DNA from: Yuukianura sp. NJ FZ-2021
Taxonomy: Eukaryota
Direction: 5' to 3'
Length of the DNA stretch: 64,000 bases
NCBI GenBank assembly: GCA_046563655.1
Contig: JAJCTO010000009.1
Span: 1,054,001 to 1,118,000 of the forward strand
Positions within the stretch are counted from its first letter, which is position 1; the number at the start of each line of letters is the position of its first letter. Positions 1 to 12,306 of the stretch are shown piece by piece. The position numbers and the translations under genes are program-made. A model generated the notes under the pieces. That model had not been told where the DNA came from, did not search any database, and saw only the letters and a list, made by a program, of their open reading frames with translations.

Positions 1-147
1 TGAATGAACCGCTCTGCCGCGGATTTTATTTTGGTTTGGAATACGGCACCCAGGGCAATGTCGAGCACCATTTTGACGCAAAACGACTTAAATTTGTGAG
101 AATGAACATGCAAATGTGAGAATGAACAGAAAGTAAATTACATTTTT

Positions 148-302
148 GAAATCCTCATAAAAAGAGCTACAGGAACCCACTTTCACTTGCTGTGTCGTTT
201 CTCATCTTGTTACCTTTATTTATGAAAATTCATGTTTCAAAACAAAGAATTCAAAAGAAATGCATTCCGGAACGATGCTGGGTAAAAGTCAACTATATTT
301 TT
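148..302 (+). repeat. Representative monomer A (155 bp)
   Basis: Runs from GAAATCC at 148 to the next GAAATCC at 303 and contains ...CAAAGAATTCAAAAGAAATGCATTCCGGAACGATGCTGGGTAAAAGTCAAC. Confidence 0.95.
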
Positions 303-1231
303 GAAATCCTCATGAAAAGGGCTACAGGAACCCACTTTCACTTGCTGTTTCGTTTCTCATCTTGTTACCTGTATTTATGAAAATTCATGTTTCAGAAAAA
401 AGAATTCAAAAGAAATGCATTCCAGAACGATGCTGGATAAAAGTCAACTATATTTTTGAAATCCTCATAAAAAGGGCTACAGGAACCCACTTTCACTTGC
501 TGTGTCGTCCATCATCTTGTTACCTTTATTTATGAAAATTCATGTTTCAAAACAAAGAATCCAAAAGAAATGCATTCCGGAACGATGCTGGGTAAAAGTC
601 AACTATATTTTTGAAATCCTCATGAAAAGGGCTACAGGAACCCACTTTCACTTGCTGTTTCGTTTCTCATCTTGTTACCTGTATTTATGAAAATTCATGT
701 TTCAGAAAGAGAATTCAAAAGAAATGCATTCCAGAACGATGCTGGGTAAAAGTCAAAAATATTTTTGAAATCCTCATAAAAAGGGCTACAGGAACCCACT
801 TTCACTTGCTGTTTCGTTTCTCATCTTGTTACCTGTATTTATGAAAATTCATGTTTCAGAACAAAGAATTCAAAAGAAATGCATTCCAGAACGATGCTGG
901 GTAAAAGTCAACAATATTTTTGAAATCCTCATAAAAAGGGCTACAGGAACCCACTTTCACTTGCTGTTTCGTTTCTCATCTTGTTACCTGTATTTATGAA
1001 AATTCATGTTTCAGAAAAAAGAATTCAAAAGAAATGCATTCCAGAACGATGCTGGGTAAAAGTCAACTATATTTTTGAAATCCTCATGAAAAGGGCTACA
1101 GGAACCCACTTTCACTTGCTGTTTCGTTTCTCATCTTGTTACCTGTATTTATGAAAATTCATGTTTCAGAAAAAAGAATTCAAAAGAAATGCATTCCAGA
1201 ACGATGCTGGATAAAAGTCAACTATATTTTT

Positions 1232-1383
1232 GAAATCCTCATAAAAAGGGCTACAGGAACCCACTTTCACTTGCTGTGTTCTCCCTCATCTTGTGACTTT
1301 TTTTAATGAAAATTTGTTTCAAAACAAATCATTCAAAAAACCTCCACGCGGAGCGATGCCGGGTGAAAAGGAGTTACTTTTCT
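1232..1383 (+). repeat. Representative monomer B (152 bp), a diverged paralogue of A that nearly always precedes C
   Basis: The first half aligns to A. The second half reads AATCATTCAAAAAACCTCCACGCGGAGCGATGCCGGGTGAAAAGGAGTTAC, collinear with but diverged from A. The T-run length varies between copies. Confidence 0.93.
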
Positions 1384-1619
1384 GAAATCCTCCTGAAAAG
1401 TACTACAGGAACCCAAATTTAATTGGCGTGGATAGGTCGCAATTAAATCTGGTTAGAGCGTACTTAAAAGTCTGAATGAACCGCTCTGCCGCGGATTTTA
1501 TTTTGGTTTGGAATACGGCACCCAGGGCAATGTCGAGCACCATTTTGACGCAAAACGACTTAAATTTGTGAGAATGAACATGCAAATGTGAGAATGAACA
1601 GAAAGTAAATTACATTTTT
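1384..1619 (+). repeat. Representative monomer C (236 bp)
   Basis: Shares only the ~31-bp head and the ATTTTT end with A/B. Its body contains the TTTAATTG..CAATTAAA dyad and a TGTGAGAATGAACA direct repeat with 20-bp period. Confidence 0.93.
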
Positions 1620-4600
1620 GAAATCCTCATAAAAAGAGCTACAGGAACCCACTTTCACTTGCTGTGTCGTTTCTCATCTTGTTACCTTTACTTATGAAAA
1701 TTCATGTTTCAAAACAAAGAATTCAAAAGAAATGCATTCCGGAACGATGCTGGGTAAAAGTCAACTATATTTTTGAAATCCTCATGAAAAGGGCTACAGG
1801 AACCCACTTTCACTTGCTGTTTCGTTTCTCATCTTGTTACCTGTATTTATGAAAATTCATGTTTCAGAAAAAAGAATTCAAAAGAAATGCATTCCAGAAC
1901 GATGCTGGATAAAAGTCAACTATATTTTTGAAATCCTCATAAAAAGGGCTACAGGAACCCACTTTCACTTGCTGTGTCGTCCCTCATCTCGTGACTTTTT
2001 TTTATGAAAATTTGTTTCAAAACAAATCATTCAAAATACCTCCACGCGGAGCGATGCCGGGTGAAAAGGAGTTATTTTTTTGAAATCCTCCTGAAAAGTA
2101 CTACAGGAACCCAAGTTTAATTGGTGTGGATAAATCGCAATTAAATCTGGTTAGAGCGTACTTAAAAGTCTGAATGAACCGCTCTGTCTCGAATATTATC
2201 TTGGGCTGGAATACGGCACCCAGGGCAATGTCGAGCACCATTTTGACGCAAAACGACTTAAATTTGTGAGAATGAACATGCAAATGTGAGAATTAACAGA
2301 AAGTAAATTACATTTTTGAAATCCTCATAAAAAGAGCTACAGGAACCCACTTTCACTTGCTGTGTCGTTTCTCATCTTGTTACCTTTATTTATGAAAATT
2401 CATGTTTCAAAACAAAGAATTCAAAAGAAATGCATTCCGGAACGATGCTGGGTAAAAGTCAACTATATTTTTGAAATCCTCATGAAAAGGGCTACAGGAA
2501 CCCACTTTCACTTGCTGTTTCGTTTCTCATCTTGTTACCTGTATTTATGAAAATTCATGTTTCAGAAAAAAAATTCAAAAGAAATGCATTCCAGAACGAT
2601 GCTGGGTAAAAGTCAACAATATTTTTGAAATCCTCATAAAAAGGGCTACAGGAACCCACTTTCACTTGCTGTGTTCTCCCTCATCTTGTGACTTTTTTTA
2701 ATGAAAATTTGTTTCAAAACAAATCATTCAAAAAACCTCCACGCGGAGCGATGCCGGGTGAAAAGGAGTTACTTTTCTGAAATCCTCCTGAAAAGTACTA
2801 CAGGAACCCAAATTTAATTGGCGTGGATAGGTCGCAATTAAATCTGGTTAGAGCGTACTTAAAAGTCTGAATGAACCGCTCTGCCGCGGATTTTATTTTG
2901 GTTTGGAATACGGCACCCAGGGCAATGTCGAGCACCATTTTGACGCAAAGCGACTTAAATTTGTGAGAATGAACATGCAAATGTGAGAATGAACAGAAAG
3001 TAAATTACATTTTTGAAATCCTCATAAAAAGAGCTACAGGAACCCACTTTCACTTGCTGTGTCGTTTCTCATCTTGTTACCTTTATTTATGAAAATTCAT
3101 GTTTCAAAACAAAGAATTCAAAAGAAATGCATTCCGGAACGATGCTGGGTAAAAGTCAACTATATTTTTGAAATCCTCATGAAAAGGGCTACAGGAACCC
3201 ACTTTCACTTGCTGTTTCGTTTCTCATCTTGTTACCTGTATTTATGAAAATTCATGTTTCAGAAAAAAGAATTCAAAAGAAATGCATTCCAGAACGATGC
3301 TGGATAAAAGTCAACTATATTTTTGAAATCCTCATAAAAAGGGCTACAGGAACCCACTTTCACTTGCTGTGTCGTCCCTCATCTCGTGACTTTTATTTAT
3401 GAAAATTAATGTTTCAAAACAAATCATTCAAAAAACCTCCACGCGGAACGATGCCGGGTGAAAAGGAGTTATTTTTCTGAAATCCTCCTGAAAAGTACTA
3501 CAGTAACCCAAGTTTAATTGGTGTGGATAAATCGCAATTAAATCTGGTTAGAGCGTACTTAAAAGTCTGAATGAACCGCTCTGTCTCGAATATTATCTTG
3601 GGCTGGAATACGGCACCCAGGGCAATGTCGAGCACCATTTTGACGCAAAACGACTTAAATTTGTGAGAATGAACATGCAAATGTGAGAATTAACAGAAAG
3701 TAAATTACATTTTTGAAATCCTCATAAAAAGGGCTACAGGAACCCACTTTCACTTGCTGTGTCGTCCCTCATCTCGTGACTTTTTTTTATGAAAATTTGT
3801 TTCAAAACAAATCATTCGAAAAACCTCCACGCGGAGCGATGCCGGGTGAAAAGGACTATATTTTTTTGAAATCCTCCTGAAAAGTACTACAGTAACCCAA
3901 GTTTAATTGGTGTGGATAAATCGCAATTAAATCTGGTTAGAGCGTACTTAAAAGTCTGAATGAACCGCTCTGTCTCGAATATTATCTTGGGCTGGAATAC
4001 GGCACCCAGGGCAATGCAATGTCTAGCACCATTTTGACGCAAAACGACTTAAACTTGTGAGAATGAATATGCAAATGTGAGAATGAACAGAAAGTAAATT
4101 ACATTTTTGAAATCCTCATAAAAAGGGCTACAGCAACCCACTTTCACTTCCTGTGTCGTCCATCATCTTGTTACTTTATTTATGAAAATTCATGTTTCAA
4201 AACAAAGAATTCAAAAGAAATACATTCCAGAACGATGCTGGATAAAAGTCAACAATATTTTTGAAATCCTCATAAAAAGGGCTACAGGAACCCACTTTCA
4301 CTTGCTGTGTCGTCCCTCATCTTGTGACTTTTTTTTATGAAAATTTGTTTCAAAACAAATCAAAACCTCCACGCGGAGCGATGCCGGGTGAAAAGGAGTT
4401 ACTTTTCTGAAATCCTCCTGAAAAGTACTACAGGAACCCAAATTTAATTGGCGTGGATAGGTCGCAATTAAATCTGGTTAGAGCGTACTTAAAAGTCTGA
4501 ATGAACCGCTCTGCCGCGGATTTTATTTTGGTTTGGAATACGGCACCCAGGGCAATGTCGAGCACCATTTTGACGCAAAACGACTTAAATTTGTGAGAAT

Positions 4601-7600
4601 GAACATGCAAATGTGAGAATGAACAGAAAGTAAATTACATTTTTGAAATCCTCATAAAAAGAGCTACAGGAACCCACTTTCACTTGCTGTGTCGTCAATC
4701 ATCTCGTGACTTTGTTTTATGAAAATTTGTTTCAAAACAAATCATTCAAAAAACCTCCACGTGGAGCGATGCCGGGTGAAAAGGAGTTACTTTTCTGAAA
4801 TCCTCCTGAAAAGTACTACAGGAACCCAAGTTTAATTGGTGTGGATAAATCGCAATTAAATCTGGTTAGAGCGTACTTAAAAGTCTGAATGAACCGCTCT
4901 GTCTCGAATATTATCTTGGGTTGGTATATGGCACCCAGGGCAATGTCGAGCACCATTTTGACGCAAAACGACTTAAATTTGTGAGAATGAACATGCAAAT
5001 GTGAGAATTAACAGAAAGTAAATTACATTTTTGAAATCCTCATAAAAAGTGCTACAGGAACCCACTTTCACTTGCTGTGTCGTCCCTCATCTCGTGACCT
5101 TTTTTTATGAAAATTTGTTTCAAAACAAATCATTCGAAAAACCTCCACGCGGAGCGATGCCGGGTGAAAAGGAGTTACTTTTCTGAAATCCTCCTGAAAA
5201 GTACTACAGGAACCCAAGTTTAATTGGTGTGGATAAATCGCAATTAAATCTGGTTAGAGCGTACTTAAAAGTCTGAATGAACCGCTCTGTCTCGAATATT
5301 ATCTTGGGCTGGAATACGGCACCCAGGGCAATGTCTAGCACCATTTTGACGCAAAACGACTTAAATTTGTGAGAATGAACATGCAAATGTGAGAATGAAC
5401 AGAAAGTAAATTACATTTTTGAAATCCTCATAAAAAGGGCTACAGGAACCCACTTTCACTTGCTGTGTCGTCCATCATCTTGTTACCTTTATTTATGAAA
5501 ATTCATGTTTCAAAACAAAGAATTCAAAAGAAATGCATTCCAGAACGATGCTGGGTAAAAGTCAACAATATTTTTGAAATCCTCATAAAAAGGGCTACAG
5601 GAACCCACTTTCACTTGCTGTGTTCTCCCTCATCTTGTGACTTTTTTTAATGAAAATTTGTTTCAAAACAAATCATTCAAAAAACCTCCACGCGGAGCGA
5701 TGCCGGGTGAAAAGGAGTTACTTTTCTGAAATCCTCCTGAAAAGTACTACAGGAACCCAAATTTAATTGGCGTGGATAGGTCGCAATTAAATCTGGTTAG
5801 AGCGTACTTAAAAGTCTGAATGAACCGCTCTGCCGCGGATTTTATTTTGGTTTGGAATACGGCACCCAGGGCAATGTCGAGCACCATTTTGACGCAAAAC
5901 GACTTAAATTTGTGAGAATGAACATGCAAATGTGAGAATGAACAGAAAGTAAATTACATTTTTGAAATCCTCATAAAAAGAGCTACAGGAACCCACTTTC
6001 ACTTGCTGTGTCGTCAATCATCTCGTGACTTTGTTTTATGAAAATTTGTTTCAAAACAAATCATTCAAAAAACCTCCACGCGGAGCGATGCCGGGTGAAA
6101 AGGAGTTACTTTTCTGAAATCCTCCTGAAAAGTACTACAGGAACCCAAGTTTAATTGGTGTGGATAAATCGCAATTAAATCTGGTTAGAGCGTACTTAAA
6201 AGTCTGAATGAACCGCTCTGTCTCGAATATTATCTTGGGTTGGTATATGGCACCCAGGGCAATGTCGAGCACCATTTTGACGCAAAACGACTTAAATTTG
6301 TGAGAATGAACATGCAAATGTGAGAATGAACAGAAAGTAAATTACATTTTTGAAATCCTCATAAAAAGTGCTACAGGAACCCACTTTCACTTGCTGTGTC
6401 GTTTCTCATCTTGTTACCTTTATTTATGAAAATTCATGTTTCAGAAAAAAGAATTCAAAAGAAATGCATTCCAGAACGATGCTGGGTAAAAGTCAACTAT
6501 ATTTTTGAAATCCTCACAAAAAGGGCTACATGAACCCACTTTCACTTGCTGTGTCGTCAATCATCTCGTGACTTTTTTTATGAAAATTTGTTTCAAAACA
6601 AATCATTCAAAAAAACTCCACGCGGAGCGATGCCGGGTGAAAAGGAGTTACTTTTCTGACATCCTCCTGAAAAGTACTACAGGAACCCAAGTTTAATTGG
6701 TGTGGATAAATCGCAATTAAATCTGGTTAGAGCGTACTTAAAAGTCTGAATGAACCGCTCTGTCTCGAATATTATCTTGGGTTGGTATATGGCACCCAGG
6801 GCAATGTCGAGCACCATTTTGACGCAAAACGACTTAAATTTGTGAGAATGAACATGCAAATGTGAGAATGAACAGAAAGTAAATTACATTTTTGAAATCC
6901 TCATAAAAAGTGCTACAGGAACCCACTTTCACTTGCTGTGTCGTCCCTCATCTTGTTACCTTTATTTATGAAAATTCATGTTTCAAAACAAAGAATTCAA
7001 AAGAAATGCATTCCTGAACGATGCTGGGTAAAAGTCAAGTATATTTTTGAAATCCTCATAAAAAGGGCTACAGGAACCCACTTTCACTTGCTGTGTCGTT
7101 TCTCATCTTGTTACCTTTATTTATGAAAATTCATGTTTCAAAACAAAGAATTCAAAAGAAATGCATTCCGGAACGATGCTGGGTAAAAGTCAACTATATT
7201 TTTGAAATCCTCATGAAAAGGGCTACAGGAACCCACTTTCACTTGCTGTTTCGTTTCTCATCTTGTTACCTGTATTTATGAAAATTCATGTTTCAGAAAA
7301 AAGAATTCAAAAGAAATGCATTCCAGAACGATGCTGGATAAAAGTCAACTATATTTTTGAAATCCTCATAAAAAGGGCTACAGGAACCCACTTTCACTTG
7401 CTGTTTCGTTTCTCATCTTGTTACCTGTATTTATGAAAATTCATGTTTCAGAAAAAAGAATTCAAAAGAAATGCATTCCAGAACGATGCTGGGTAAAAGT
7501 CAACTATATTTTTGAAATCCTCATAAAAAGGGCTACAGGAACCCACTTTCACTTGCTGTGTCGTCCCTCATCTCGTGACTTTTTTTTGATGAAAATTTGT

Positions 7601-10600
7601 TTCAAAACAAATCATTCAAAAAACCTCCACGCGGAGCGATGCCGGGTGAAAAGGAGTTACTTTTCTGAAATCCTCCTGAAAAGTACTACAGGAACCCAAG
7701 TTTAATTGGTGTGGATAAATCGCAATTAAATCTGGTTAGAGCGTACTTAAAAGTCTGAATGAACCGCTCTGTCTCGAATATTATCTTGGGCTGGAATACG
7801 GCACCCAGGGCAATGTCGAGCACCATTTTGACGCAAAACGACTTAAATTTGTGAGAATGAACATGCAAATGTGAGAATGAACAGAAAGTAAATTACATTT
7901 TTGAAATCCTCATAAAAAGAGCTACAGGAACCCACTTTCACTTGCTGTGTCGTTTCTCATCTTGTTATCTTTACTTATGAAAATTCATGTTTCAAAACAA
8001 AGAATTCAAAAGAAATGCATTCCGGAACGATGCTGGGTAAAAGTCAACTATATTTTTGAAATCCTCATGAAAAGGGCTACAGGAACCCACTTTCACTTGC
8101 TGTTTCGTTTCTCATCTTGTTACCTGTATTTATGAAAATTCATGTTTCAGAAAAAAGAATTCAAAAGAAATGCATTCCAGAACGATGCTGGATAAAAGTC
8201 AACTATATTTTTGAAATCCTCATAAAAAGGGCTACAGGAACCCACTTTCACTTGCTGTGTCGTCCATCATCTTGTTACCTTTATTTATGAAAATTCATGT
8301 TTCAAAACAAAGAATCCAAAAGAAATGCATTCCGGAACGATGCTGGGTAAAAGTCAACTATATTTTTGAAATCCTCATGAAAAGGGCTACAGGAACCCAC
8401 TTTCACTTGCTGTTTCGTTTCTCATCTTGTTACCTGTATTTATGAAAATTCATGTTTCAGAAAAAAGAATTCAAAAGAAATGCATTCCAGAACGATGCTG
8501 GATAAAAGTCAACTATATTTTTGAAATCCTCATAAAAAGGGCTACTGGAACCCACTTTCACTTCCTGTGTCGTCCATCATCTTGTTACCTTTATTTATGA
8601 AAATTCATGTTTCAAAACAAAGAATTCAAAAGAAATGCATTCCGGAACGATGCTGGGTAAAAGTCAACTATATTTTTGAAATCCTCATGAAAAGGGCTAC
8701 AGGAACCCACTTTCACTTGCTGTTTCGTTTCTCATCTTGTTACCTGTATTTATGAAAATTCATGTTTCAGAAAAAAGAATTCAAAAGAAATGCATACCAG
8801 AACGATGCTGGATAAAAGTCAACTATATTTTTGAAATCCTCATAAAAAGGGCTACAGGAACCCACTTTCACTTGCTGTGTCGTCCATCATCTTGTTACCT
8901 TTATTTATGAAAATTCATGTTTCAAAACAAAGAATCCAAAAGAAATGCATTCCGGAACGATGCTGGGTAAAAGTCAACTATATTTTTGAAATCCTCATGA
9001 AAAGGGCTACAGGAACCCACTTTCACTTGCTGTTTCGTTTCTCATCTTGTTACCTGTATTTATGAAAATTCATGTTTCAGAAAAAAAATTCAAAAGAAAT
9101 GCATTCCAGAACGATGCTGGGTAAAAGTCAACAATATTTTTGAAATCCTCATAAAAAGGGCTACAGGAACCCACCTTCACTTGCTGTGTTCTCCCTCATC
9201 TTGTGACTTTTTTTAATGAAAATTTGTTTCAAAACAAATCATTCAAAAAACCTCCACGCGGAGCGATGCCGGGTGAAAAGGAGTTACTTTTCTGAAATCC
9301 TCCTGAAAAGTACTACAGGAACCCAAATTTAATTGGCGTGCATAGATCGCAATTAAATCCAGTTAGCGCGTACTTAAAAGTCTGTATGAACCGATCTGTC
9401 TCGAATATTATCTTGGGTTGGTATATGGCACCCAGGGCAATGTCGAGCACCATTTTGACGCAAAACGACTTAAATTTGTGAGAATGAACATGCAAATGTG
9501 AGAATGAACAGAAAGTAAATTACATTTTTGAAATCCTCATAAAAAGTGCTACAGGAACCCACTTTCACTTGCTGTGTCGTTTCTCATCTTGTTACCTTTA
9601 TTTATGAAAATTCATGTTTCAGAAAAAAGAATTCAAAAGAAATGCATTCCAGAACGATGCTGGGTAAAAGTCAACTATATTTTTGAAATCCTCACAAAAA
9701 GGGCTACATGAACCCACTTTCACTTGCTGTGTCGTCAATCATCTCGTGACTTTTTTTTATGAAAATTTGTTTCAAAACAAATCATTCAAAAGAACTCCAC
9801 GCGGAGCGATGCCGGGTGAAAAGGAGTTACTTTTCTGAAATCCTCCTGAAAAGTACTACAGGAACCCAAGTTTAATTGGTGTGGATAAATCGCAATTAAA
9901 TCTGGTTAGAGCGTACTTAAAAGTCTGAATGAACCGCTCTGTCTCGAATATTATCTTGGGTTGGTATATGGCACCCAGGGCAATGTCGAGCACCATTTTG
10001 ACGCAAAACGACTTAAATTTGTGAGAATGAACATGCAAATGTGAGAATGAACAGAAAGTAAATTACATTTTTGAAATCCTCATAAAAAGTGCTACAGGAA
10101 CCCACTTTCACTTGCTGTGTCGTTTCTCATCTTGTTACCTTTATTTATGAAAATTCATGTTTCAAAACAAAGAATTCAAAAGAAATGCATTCCGGAACGA
10201 TGCTGGGTAAAAGTCAACTATATTTTTGAAATCCTCATGAAAAGGGCTACAGGAACCCACTTTCACTTGCTGTTTCGTTTCTCATCTTGTTACCTGTATT
10301 TATGAAAATTCATGTTTCAGAAAAAAGAATTCAAAAGAAATGCATTCCAGAACGATGCTGGGTAAAAGTCAACTATATTTTTGAAATCCTCATGAAAAGG
10401 GCTACAGGAACCCACTTTCACTTGCTGTTTCGTTTCTCATCTTGTTACCTGTATTTATGAAAATTCATGTTTCAGAAAAAAGAATTCAAAAGAAATGCAT
10501 TCCAGAACGATGCTGGGTAAAAGTCAACTATATTTTTGAAATCCTCATGAAAAGGGCTACAGGAACCCACTTTCACTTGCTGTTTCGTTTCTCATCTTGT

Positions 10601-12263
10601 TACCTTCATTTATGAAAATTCATGTTTCAAAACAAAGAATTCAAAAGAAATGCATTCCAGAACGATGCTGGGTAAAAGTCAACAATATTTTTGAAATCCT
10701 CATAAAAAGGGCTACAGGAACCCACTTTCACTTGCTGTGTCGTCCATCATCTTGTTACCTTTATTTATGAAAATTTGTTTCAAAACAAATCATTCAAAAA
10801 ACCTCCACGCGGAGCGATGCCGGGTGAAAAGGAGTTACTTTTCTGAAATCCTCCTGAAAAGTACTACAGGAACCCAAATTTAATTGGCGTGGATAGGTCG
10901 CAATTAAATCTGGTTAGAGCGTACTTAAAAGTCTGAATGAACCGCTCTGCCGCGGATTTTATTTTGGTTTGGAATACGGCACCCAGGGCAATGTCGAGCA
11001 CCATTTTGACGCAAAACGACTTAAATTTGTGAGAATGAACATGCAAATGTGAGAATGAACAGAAAGTAAATTACATTTTTGAAATCCTCATAAAAAGAGC
11101 TACAGGAACCCACTTTCACTTGCTGTGTCGTTTCTCATCTTGTTACCTTTATTTATGAAAATTCATGTTTCAAAACAAAGAATTCAAAAGAAATGCATTC
11201 CGGAACGATGCTGGGTAAAAGTCAACTATATTTTTGAAATCCTCATGAAAAGGGCTACAGGAACCCACTTTCACTTGCTGTTTCGTTTCTCATCTTGTTA
11301 CCTGTATTTATGAAAATTCATGTTTCAGAAAGAAAATTCAAAAGAAATGCATTCCAGAACGATGCTGGATAAAAGTCAACTATATTTTTGAAATCCTCAT
11401 AAAAAGGGCTACAGGAACCCACTTTCACTTGCTGTGTCGTCCCTCATCTCGTGACTTTTTTTTATGAAAATTTGTTTCAAAACAAATCATTCAAAAAACC
11501 TCCACGCGGAGCGATGCCGGGTGAAAAGGAGTTATTTTTTTGAAATCCTCCTGAAAAGTACTACAGTAACCCAAGTTTAATTGGTGTGGATAAATCGCAA
11601 TTAAATCTGGTTAGAGCGTACTTAAAAGTCTGAATGAACCGCTCTGTCTCGAATATTATCTTGGGCTGGAATACGGCACCCAGGGCAATGTCGAGCACCA
11701 TTTTGACGCAAAACGACTTAAATTTGTGAGAATGAACATGCAAATGTGAGAATTAACAGAAAGTAAATTACATTTTTGAAATCCTCATAAAAAGAGCTAC
11801 AGGAACCCACTTTCACTTGCTGTGTCGTTTCTCATCTTGTTACCTTTACTTATGAAAATTCATGTTTCAAAACAAAGAATTCAAAAGAAATGCATTCCGG
11901 AACGATGCTGGGTAAAAGTCAACTATATTTTTGAAATCCTCATGAAAAGGGCTACAGGAACCCACTTTCACTTGCTGTTTCGTTTCTCATCTTGTTACCT
12001 GTATTTATGAAAATTCATGTTTCAGAAAAAAAATTCAAAAGAAATGCATTCCAGAACGATGCTGGATAAAAGTCAACTATATTTTTGAAATCCTCATAAA
12101 AAGGGCTACAGGAACCCACTTTCACTTGCTGTGTCGTCCCTCATCTCGTGACTTTTTTTTATGAAAATTTGTTTCAAAACAAATCATTCAAAAAACCTCC
12201 ACGCGGAGCGATGCCGGGTGAAAAGGAGTTATTTTTTTGAAATCCTCCTGAAAATTACTACAG

Positions 12264-12276
12264 TAACCCAAGTTTA
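12264..12276 (+). repeat. Target-site duplication, left copy (TAACCCAAGTTTA, 13 bp)
   Basis: Identical to 17942-17954. Removing the insert plus one copy restores an uninterrupted C monomer like the one at 3480-3715. Confidence 0.93.
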
Positions 12277-12306
12277 GAGCGCCAATTTGGATTTCAAAGG
12301 CAACAG

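Larger units (their letters stand above)
1..12276. repeat. Composite satellite array, left domain part 1: (A155)n-B152-C236, n=0-8
   Basis: The GAAATCCTC...CTACAGGAACCCA head recurs at 155-bp steps (148, 303, 458...). Successive C monomers are spaced about 388, 543, 698, 1009 and 1627 bp, i.e. 388 + n x 155. Near-identical short ORFs recur at the same periods. Confidence 0.97.

Noticed and set aside
220..305. Helically phased A-tracts (bent DNA) in monomer A
   Set aside because: The A-runs at about 225, 239, 253 and 284 are spaced about 14, 14 and 31 bp, which is not a clean 10-11 bp phase.
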